Assembly: GCA_026417735.1 (NCBI GenBank)
Contig: JAOACR010000009.1
Coordinates: 353,298-417,297 of the forward strand
From: Kiritimatiellia bacterium
Lineage (GTDB): Bacteria > Verrucomicrobiota > Kiritimatiellia > PWTM01
Length of the DNA: 64,000 nucleotides
Direction of reading: 5' to 3'
Of this stretch, positions 11,301-17,342 are shown piece by piece. The notes under the pieces are model-generated. The model worked only from the letters and a program-made list of their open reading frames with translations. It was not told where the DNA came from and did no database searches. Numbering within the stretch: position 1 is the first letter of the stretch; every line of letters begins with the position of its first letter. A program made the position numbers and the translations under genes.

Positions 11301-12323
11301 GACAACACCTCCGGAACGCACGCGGGCGTCGGTGTCGCGGTCGGGACCAATGGCGTGGTGCTCTGGGAACATGGCGCCAGTTACTTCGTGCCGGTACTGG
11401 TCCATCCGGCAGCGATAACCGACCTCGTCCATATCGCGGTCGTGTACCGGGACCGTCGGCCGGAGCTATGGCTGGATGGGCGACTCGTACGACGGGGACT
11501 GACCGGTGACAAGTTCCCGCTCCCGTCGATCTCACGCCCGACGCCGCCGCCGCCGGAATATCGCGGCGACAGCCGCCCCTGGTTCGCATGGCCTCGGCCG
11601 CTGGAATCCAACGAGATCGCCCGCCTCATCGCGGCGCGGCCGATCGTCAACGAGCCCGAGGGTGATCTGGCGCCGACCGTCGATGCTCTCGATTCAAAGG
11701 GCCGCGCGCGGTTGCGGGTCTTCACGCCCGGAGAGTGGCGCGTCAAGTGGCAGGACGGCTTTTGCGCGACCACGCGGGTGCAGCTGCCGCCGCCGTTGGA
11801 GCTCTCTTGTGGCTGGCGCGTCGCGCTGGAAGGTGGGACGGCGGCGCATGGGCCGGTCGAGCTGGAACGGTTGATGCCGCTCAACGAACACACGAACCCG
11901 CTGCTGCGATACTGTGCCGGCCGCGCCACCTGGTGGATCACTTTCGACTGGACACCGCTGCGCGCGGACGAGGTTTGGCTCGACCTGGGCCGCGTGGAGT
12001 CGGTCGCAGAGGTCCGGCTGAACGGCGAACGGCTCGGCGTGCTGTGGACTCCGCCCTACGCGCTGGAGGTCACCGGCCGCCTGCGGCCGGGCCGCAACGA
12101 GCTAGAAGTGCGCGTGGCAGGCACGTGGCGCAATCGCGTGATCGGCCATCTCCGACATCCCGAGGGTCTTCCCGGCGCCAGCGACGATGACGAGCGTCCG
12201 TGGTTGGCCAGACCCCCGCGGCCGAGCGAGCTGAATGCAGACAGCCCGCTGCAACCCTTTGGCCTGATTGGACCGGTCCTCCTCCGCCCGGCACTCCGAC
12301 CAATCTTGCACCGGCCGGAGTGA
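8346..12323 (+). CDS. large secreted glycoside hydrolase-like protein (family not resolved; possibly GH106-like) with C-terminal jelly-roll domain
   Basis: 1325 aa ORF with GAGG upstream of ATG 8346. Signal peptide, then FRSPPPATAPWCYWYWISDNVSTAGLTRDLEAMARVGIRG. C-terminal block LDLGRVESVAEVRLNGERLGVLWTPPYALEVTGRLRPGRNELEVRVAGTWRNRVIG. Paralog of 48992..51979. Confidence 0.75.
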   Translation: MRGRHRHLRNWRAPALLLVLLAGFTGADDLERAFRSPPPATAPWCYWYWISDNVSTAGLTRDLEAMARVGIRGALMGHIFLEDTARGDVRMLSEEWWAAVEHAVREGGRLGVEIGMFNCPGWSQSGGPWIAPTQAMRRVAWSELRARGPQPIERPLPPPHEHFQDIAVLAWPVTSDSSSPLCDPLATVTGSPSVTNAELTMDGRLDTAAIVLPGPSAAITVTTAVPAVVRSLQIHPAPMPFRCDLELHAWQSGLGWVPQARAAIARHHLRPIVGYWTTGPIAIACAPVTATSFRVVFSSLSATAGIAEVELRSGPVVERFVEKQLAKMCPDPVPPWSHYRWRPQPAAAETDGAVDTAQITNISDRLGPDGWLRWTPPPGEWRIVRFGLAPTMVSNHPAAPEARGLEVDKMNRAHARHHFRAYVGRLLERMRPRERRALRWIVADSYETGAQNWTDGFRDEFVRRYRYDPLHWLPTLLGEVVGTPDRSDRFLWDLRRLVADRIATEYVGALRDECARYGLRLWLENYGHWGFPSEFLLYGRESHEIGGEFWAQPGGTGEAELRAASSAAAVYGRRRVSAEAFTSILQFESTPASLKARGDWAVTHSINHWVLHVYNHQPWDERRPGVNAWFSTEFNRHTPWFEHLGPWIDYWRRIHALMQSGRRVADVALFIGDDAPVMTGPRAREMPAGFDYDFVNADALAAARIRAGRWTLRSGATYALLALPPWDAMRPETLARLRELVRDGGVLWGPRPVRSPSLAGWPKCDEQVRRLAEELWGPEPPPAAGSAPRARTVGRGRVIEGGTLAEVLTLLGVPPAIANAGPLLWTHRTTPGGEVFFVCHGGNDPVMVSPWFRAGLRLPEIWDPLRGTQQTAAVWRVENGGMRVALRLEPRGSRLIVFRHSLPHPALALNAVESDAHRGLTVNAPTGPDAPADFAPASTAGNFTLAGWARPTAATGLPSETATGIHLQVPRNEAVVPRHGDHLSPDNTSGTHAGVGVAVGTNGVVLWEHGASYFVPVLVHPAAITDLVHIAVVYRDRRPELWLDGRLVRRGLTGDKFPLPSISRPTPPPPEYRGDSRPWFAWPRPLESNEIARLIAARPIVNEPEGDLAPTVDALDSKGRARLRVFTPGEWRVKWQDGFCATTRVQLPPPLELSCGWRVALEGGTAAHGPVELERLMPLNEHTNPLLRYCAGRATWWITFDWTPLRADEVWLDLGRVESVAEVRLNGERLGVLWTPPYALEVTGRLRPGRNELEVRVAGTWRNRVIGHLRHPEGLPGASDDDERPWLARPPRPSELNADSPLQPFGLIGPVLLRPALRPILHRPE

Positions 12324-13664
12324 GTGCGCGCAGCCAGTCGTTCGCCGCCAAGACTGCATGCGTCCTGTGCGCCGCACCGGCGGCGGCGATTCGCCCTGTA
12401 TTGTCGGCGACTGCTCTGAGGAGCGCTCAATACCCTCGCAATAGTCGTTGAACACCTCCACCAGACCGGCGCCAAACTCCTCCCAAAGAGAGGCGGACGG
12501 TGGTGCGGTGCGGCCGGCGATCCAGTTCGCGTTGAGCTCAAGAACTGCTGCGGTGATTCCGTAACGGACGAGCCAACCCTCTCCGAACGAACCGGGGTTC
12601 GAGAACGACGGCGCGCTGGTGCCCTCAGTGAACCACGTCCGCGCACGGAGACAGCGCTCGAATAGCGCGATGCGACGGAGGTAGCCCTCCGCCGCAACGC
12701 CCGCCGGTCGGGCGATGTGCAGCCGCCCCCCCGCGTCGTTGTGTAGATCCAGCGCGAGCGTCGGCGGGCCCACGTCGCGAATGCGGCGCTCGACCCACTC
12801 CTCCAGCGCCCGGTTCTCCGGCGCCAACTGGAGATCCGCCGGCCGGTCCATGCGCCGGTTCAGATCGGCACCCAGAACGTTGAAACGCGTCATACCGCGA
12901 GCAACGCCGTCCTTGTTCGCCATCGGCATCACGTGCACGGACGCGCGCGCCATCAGCCGCCGCACGCCCTCATCACCCTGCGCCAGCCGCCGAAGCAAAC
13001 CTTGCACGACCCAGCTCCCGCCCGCTTCCCAAGGGTGTGCGCGGGCGCGCACAAGGAACGCGTGGCGGGCGCGAGCCGGCCCGACCGAGACAATCTCCAA
13101 CGGCCGCCCCTCTACCGTTTGGCCGATCGTTTCAACCCGAACACCGTCCCGGCCGCGCAGCCCATCGAGCAGCTGCGCCAGATCGGAAAGGCGATAGGGC
13201 TCGACCCGCGCGACCCACACCGGCGAGGAAACCACTCCGATCTTTGCCCGCACCAAGTTCGAGTGCACCATTTCGGTGGGCACAGAAGTCCAGTTCTGAC
13301 CATCCGCGGAGACGACCAACCGCTTCAGCTCAACGGCGACCGAGCCGGGGCGCCCGTTCCAGATGTTCAGGAGGTTCGTGAACTCGAGCATCCAGGTCGT
13401 ACCCGCCGGCGCGTGAAATCGAAAATAGATGTGCCCCGCCGCGCGATTCGACGTGCCGCGTTCGTGGTCATACAGCAAATGGAGACGAAGCGCCCGTTCC
13501 CCCACTGGCTCCCACCACAGGGGCGAACCGTTTTCAATCGTGGTTTCAAGGAAGGGAAGTGTCGCAGGACCGTTGGCGGCGCCGTCATCCGCAAATACCG
13601 CAGCGATGAACACGAGGGCCACGCAAGCCGATCCTGCACGGGCTCGCACGGCCGGAGAGATCAT
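12102..13664 (-). CDS. M14-family zinc carboxypeptidase-like protein (secreted)
   Basis: Track ORF 12102..13691 minus. Start at ATG 13664 (MISPAVRARAGSACVALVFIAAVFA, signal peptide). ETIGQTVEGRPLEIVSVG...ARAHPWEAG...LALDLHND resemble M14 zinc-ligand blocks. The 3-prime 222 bp overlap the convergent gene ending at 12323. Confidence 0.6.
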   Translation of the reverse strand: MISPAVRARAGSACVALVFIAAVFADDGAANGPATLPFLETTIENGSPLWWEPVGERALRLHLLYDHERGTSNRAAGHIYFRFHAPAGTTWMLEFTNLLNIWNGRPGSVAVELKRLVVSADGQNWTSVPTEMVHSNLVRAKIGVVSSPVWVARVEPYRLSDLAQLLDGLRGRDGVRVETIGQTVEGRPLEIVSVGPARARHAFLVRARAHPWEAGGSWVVQGLLRRLAQGDEGVRRLMARASVHVMPMANKDGVARGMTRFNVLGADLNRRMDRPADLQLAPENRALEEWVERRIRDVGPPTLALDLHNDAGGRLHIARPAGVAAEGYLRRIALFERCLRARTWFTEGTSAPSFSNPGSFGEGWLVRYGITAAVLELNANWIAGRTAPPSASLWEEFGAGLVEVFNDYCEGIERSSEQSPTIQGESPPPVRRTGRMQSWRRTTGCAHSLRPVQDWSECRAEEDRSNQAKGLQRAVCIQLARPRGSGQPRTLVIVAGAGKTLGMSEMADHAIAPRACHAHF

Positions 13665-13779
13665 TCGCGCGCCGCGCTCACAAGCTCCCATTGTCGTCTT
13701 TCTGACTCATGCGTCATTCTACGTTCGGCTCAGCGCCGCCCCCCTCCAGCCCCCCTTCCGAACCACGCAGGCGGTGGCC

Positions 13780-14673
13780 CTAGCGGCCGGCTCCCGCAGC
13801 CTGCGGAAAGTCATTTACAAAGGAACGCACCACCTCCGCAAACGGCGTGAAACGAGAGAAGCCCAACCGCCGTATGAGGTCGGTCGCCAGTTGCGAGTCC
13901 CGTGGTCGAGCCGCACGACGCGGTACCACCTCCGAGGACGGGCGGATGTGCCCAGCGCTCCACCCAAGGACGTCGGCGGCAGCACGAATCATGTCATGGC
14001 GGGTCATGGCCTCTTCGCCGCTGTAGTGCACCACCCCCGCAAACCCCTGGCCAATGAGAAACCCGATCGCTTCTGCGACGTCGCGAATCCAGGTGGGAAA
14101 CCGCCGCAGCACCGCATCGGCGGTTTGCGGCGCCGGCGAGCGCAGCGCGCAGACGATTTGATACAGGAAACCGGACGACTCAAATGTCGGTCCCGACCCC
14201 ACCAACAAGGGAATCCGCAGCACGATCGAGTCCGGCCGGGTCAAGACCGCGTCTTCCGCCTCGATCTTGCTGCGGCCGTACTCATTCACTGCGCGGCGGG
14301 GGCTGTCCTCGCGGTACGGTGGCGAGTCGCCGTCAAATACATAGTCGGTGCTCACGAACAGCACCCTCGTGGAAGCGGGCAGCTCGTGCATCAGCTCGAT
14401 CACGGGCGCGGTGTTCAGCGCACGCGTTTCTTCCGGGTTTTCCTCACAGAAGTCCGGCTCGCGGTACGCGGCCAGATGCACGACCCAGTCGGGCCGATGT
14501 TCGGCCAGCAGAGGCCGCCAGACGCCCCGGCGGCGCAAGTCCAGCGCAATGCCCCCCTCCGGCGCGTGACGCCCGCCCACCGGCATCACCGTATGCTCCG
14601 CCGCCAGCCGGCGCGTCACCTCGCGGCCAAGAAAACCTGTCGCCCCTGTGATCAGCAGCTTCATTGCCGACAC
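13780..14673 (-). CDS. dTDP-4-dehydrorhamnose reductase family protein (RmlD-like NAD(P)-binding sugar-nucleotide reductase)
   Basis: 297 aa. MKLLITGATGFLG Rossmann motif, STDYVFDG and YGRSK blocks typical of the RmlD substrate-binding family. Confidence 0.75.
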   Translation of the reverse strand: MSAMKLLITGATGFLGREVTRRLAAEHTVMPVGGRHAPEGGIALDLRRRGVWRPLLAEHRPDWVVHLAAYREPDFCEENPEETRALNTAPVIELMHELPASTRVLFVSTDYVFDGDSPPYREDSPRRAVNEYGRSKIEAEDAVLTRPDSIVLRIPLLVGSGPTFESSGFLYQIVCALRSPAPQTADAVLRRFPTWIRDVAEAIGFLIGQGFAGVVHYSGEEAMTRHDMIRAAADVLGWSAGHIRPSSEVVPRRAARPRDSQLATDLIRRLGFSRFTPFAEVVRSFVNDFPQAAGAGR

Positions 14674-14782
14674 ACTATCCCCCGCGCCCCATGCTCAGAC
14701 AAGCTCCCACCGAGGGAAAGTGTAGAGCGCCCTCCGCCGTGACGGTTCTGCGGTCTGACGAAATCAGCACGTACGATGTCCG

Positions 14783-14811
14783 TGGAGGGCGCCGTTCCAC
14801 CGGCGCCGCGC
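14783..14811. repeat. 29-bp direct repeat copy 1 (TGGAGGGCGCCGTTCCACCGGCGCCGCGC), contains a 7-bp-stem hairpin GGCGCCG-TTCCAC-CGGCGCC
   Basis: Identical 29-mer recurs at 14959..14987 in the same intergenic region; read directly from the sequence. Confidence 0.8.
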
Positions 14812-14958
14812 AAGACGCCAACATGAGAGAGGTACGGTCCTGCGTGCCCAGTTTCTACGACGCGTGTTGGTTCACCGTTCCACGCAAGCGAGGAAGAACC
14901 GCGGCCCGGGGGGGGGAACCCGGCCCTCCAGATGCATCCACAATGCATGCCGCATGCC

Positions 14959-14987
14959 TGGAGGGCGCCGTTCCACCGGCGCCGCGC
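14959..14987. repeat. 29-bp direct repeat copy 2 (TGGAGGGCGCCGTTCCACCGGCGCCGCGC)
   Basis: Exact match to 14783..14811. Partial inverted matches GCGCCCTCC near 14727 and GGCCCTCCA near 14909. Confidence 0.8.
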
Positions 14988-15022
14988 GCGGATCGGAACG
15001 GAACAACGGCCGACGCGGCAGA

Positions 15023-15481
15023 TCAATCGAACGCCGGTGTGCCGTATTGGACGGGCGGGACCACGCGATTGGCTTGGCTGAAGCCGACAATCACCCATCC
15101 GCGGCCGCGCCGTTGCAGTCGAGCCACTTGTCGCTCGTTCCGATCTTCGAATACGAGCTCAACCTCGGCCTCCGCGAAGCTGTCCGGCGAGCCGCCCATC
15201 GTCTTCACCGCCACTCCCCGCAGCCCGCGGACCCACCCGGCCACCCCGTTGTCCGCACCGGAGGGGCGGGCCTCGCTGCGGAGGGCGTCGAGGGACTGCC
15301 TCAGCGGCCCCGCCGCCAGCCGCATTGCGGCGTTCGCATCGCCGCGCGCGACCGCATCAAACCAGGCGGTCACAACCTGCTCGGGCGTCGCCGGCGAGCT
15401 GCGGCGGCCCACCCAGACCCCAAAGGCCGCCAGTGTCGCGACGAGCGCCCCGCGGCCGATCCATTCCAAGGCCGATCTCAC
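15023..15481 (-). CDS. hypothetical small membrane-anchored protein, last gene of the SPFH operon
   Basis: In-frame GTG at 15481 overlaps the HflK-like stop as GTGA. Predicted product has one N-terminal hydrophobic helix (GALVATLAAFGVWV) then a soluble domain (VVTAWFDAVARGDANAAMRL...VELVFEDRNERQVARLQRRGRGWVIVGF). The track ORF 15023..15631 would extend the start into the upstream gene. Confidence 0.45.
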   Translation of the reverse strand: MRSALEWIGRGALVATLAAFGVWVGRRSSPATPEQVVTAWFDAVARGDANAAMRLAAGPLRQSLDALRSEARPSGADNGVAGWVRGLRGVAVKTMGGSPDSFAEAEVELVFEDRNERQVARLQRRGRGWVIVGFSQANRVVPPVQYGTPAFD

Positions 15482-16446
15482 CGTTCGACCGCCTCCGGCA
15501 GCACCAGGTCGACCCGCCGGCGTGCGCGTTCGTCCAGCACGATCATTCGCAGGCGAGGCAGAACCTCCTCCGCGGCTTCGATCGCAAGTCGTAGCGCCGT
15601 GGCGCTCGGGTCGACGCGGTACCGTTCCCACATCGCGAGGAATGCGGCCGCCTCGCCACGGGCACGCAGCACACGGTCGCCCGCCTCACCACGTGCAGCC
15701 GCAAGGATCTGGCCGGCCTCGCCTCTTGCCCGGGGCAGCAGCCGGCTCGCATAACCCTCCGCTTCGTTGATCGCCCGCTGCCGATCCTCGCGCGCGGCCG
15801 CGACGTCGCGAAAAGCGTCGGCCACTTCGGGAGGGGGGGCGATCTCCTCCATCGTCACCGCGACCACCCGCACACCCAGCCCGAGCGCGTCCGCAGCCTG
15901 CTGTGTGCGCGCGCGCAACGCCTCCTGAAGTTCGGGTCGCGCGACGGTCAGCAGCCGGTCCACATCCATGACCGCCACCTCACGACCCAACGCGGCGGCG
16001 GCCAGATCGCCGAGCATCGCCTCCAGCACAGCCGCCCGGAACAAAAATGCCCGTGGATCCTCGATCCGGTACTGCACCACGCCCGCCAGTCGGACGAGGT
16101 TCCGATCACCCGTCAGATGTTCGAGCGCGGCGCCGGGGCGTCCTGCATCGCGCACCGCGCTGAGCGGCCCGATCGGCACGCGTCGCAGCTCCTGCAGCCG
16201 CACGCGCCGCACCCGGTCCAGACCGATCGGCAGCCCCAGATGGAGGCCGGGGCCGCGCAGCTCCGGCAGCATGCGGCCCATCCGTTGAACCACCGCCTGT
16301 TCGTTCGGCTGCACGGTGTAGAGCCCCGTCAACCCCCATGCGACCATAGCCAGAACGATCGCGGCGGCTGCTGGGCGGCGGCCCCGCACGGCGCGCGGGA
16401 CCAGCGGCGTGGCGGGGCGCGCGGCCGGCGGATGGTCATGATGCAT
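15478..16446 (-). CDS. hflK: SPFH/band-7 protein, HflK-like
   Basis: LTGLYTVQPNEQAVVQRMGRMLPELRGPGLHLGLP...VVQYRIEDPRAFLF matches the HflK N-terminal SPFH region. Start ATG 16446 (GTG 16449 possible) overlaps the HflC-like stop. Confidence 0.8.
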   Translation of the reverse strand: MHHDHPPAARPATPLVPRAVRGRRPAAAAIVLAMVAWGLTGLYTVQPNEQAVVQRMGRMLPELRGPGLHLGLPIGLDRVRRVRLQELRRVPIGPLSAVRDAGRPGAALEHLTGDRNLVRLAGVVQYRIEDPRAFLFRAAVLEAMLGDLAAAALGREVAVMDVDRLLTVARPELQEALRARTQQAADALGLGVRVVAVTMEEIAPPPEVADAFRDVAAAREDRQRAINEAEGYASRLLPRARGEAGQILAAARGEAGDRVLRARGEAAAFLAMWERYRVDPSATALRLAIEAAEEVLPRLRMIVLDERARRRVDLVLPEAVER

Positions 16447-17342
16447 CACCGCGGCGACTCCGGCGCCATCGCGCCCGCCTCAAAAAGGTGCCGCAGCAGC
16501 GGCGAATCGGATGCCAGCAGTAGCGTTGTCTGCCGGTCAAGAAACCGCCGTGCCCCCTCGAGACTGCGGACGAGCTGGTAGAACACCGGATCCCGCCGAT
16601 GCGCCTCCGCGTAGATGCGGGTCGCCTCGGCCTCAGCCCGCCCTCGTACCTCCTCGGCCTCCGCCGCGGCCTGCGCCAGCAGCACGGTTCGTTCGCGGTC
16701 GGCCTCCGCGCGGATGCGCATCGCCTCCTCCTCGCCCTCCGCGCGGTACTGGCGGGCGATCCGCGCGCGCTCCGACCGCATACGCTGAAACACGTTCTCG
16801 CGCACCTGCGCCGGCAGGTTCACCCGTTTCACGCGGACATCGGCGATCTCAATCCCATAGGCCTCCGCGGCGCGCCTCGCGCATCGCTCCGCGACCGCCG
16901 CAACGATCCGGTCCAGCCGGTGTTCCGCCGCGTTCGTCGAAACGAACGCCTCCATTGGATTGCGCCCCGCTTCCGCCGCCATTTCCGACCACACCAAATC
17001 GTGCAGCCGCGCCTCCGCGCCGCCCATGTCAATCACGGTCTCCAGGAACCGGCGCGGCTGCACAATCCGCCAGATCACAAACAGGTCCAGATCGAGATTC
17101 TTCTTCTCGCGGGTCAGAAACTCGGACGGCCGCGGATCGTACAACTGCAGCCGGCGATCGAGCCGCAGCACCGACTGCCATGGCGCCGTCCAGTGCAGTC
17201 CCGGGCCGGGCAGATCGCGGACCGGCCGGCCGAACTGCGTGACGATCGCGTATTCCGTCTCATCCACGAAGACCGGTGTGCGCACCGCGGCGAGCACCAG
17301 CACGCCCGCGGCCAGCGCCTCAAGGAACCTCGACCGTTTCAT
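16446..17342 (-). CDS. hflC: SPFH/band-7 protein, HflC-like
   Basis: TPVFVDETEYAIVTQFGRPVRDLPGPGLHWTAPW...SEFLTREKKNLDLDLFVIWRI aligns with HflC blocks. Start ATG 17342 overlaps the upstream stop as ATGA. Confidence 0.8.
   Translation of the reverse strand: MKRSRFLEALAAGVLVLAAVRTPVFVDETEYAIVTQFGRPVRDLPGPGLHWTAPWQSVLRLDRRLQLYDPRPSEFLTREKKNLDLDLFVIWRIVQPRRFLETVIDMGGAEARLHDLVWSEMAAEAGRNPMEAFVSTNAAEHRLDRIVAAVAERCARRAAEAYGIEIADVRVKRVNLPAQVRENVFQRMRSERARIARQYRAEGEEEAMRIRAEADRERTVLLAQAAAEAEEVRGRAEAEATRIYAEAHRRDPVFYQLVRSLEGARRFLDRQTTLLLASDSPLLRHLFEAGAMAPESPR

Noticed and set aside
12933-13850. 305-aa plus-strand ORF, and other Arg-rich ORFs (13429..14742, 14664..15770), across the peptidase and RmlD region
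   Set aside because: Antisense to recognisable genes or lying in the repeat-containing intergenic region, with compositionally biased translations.
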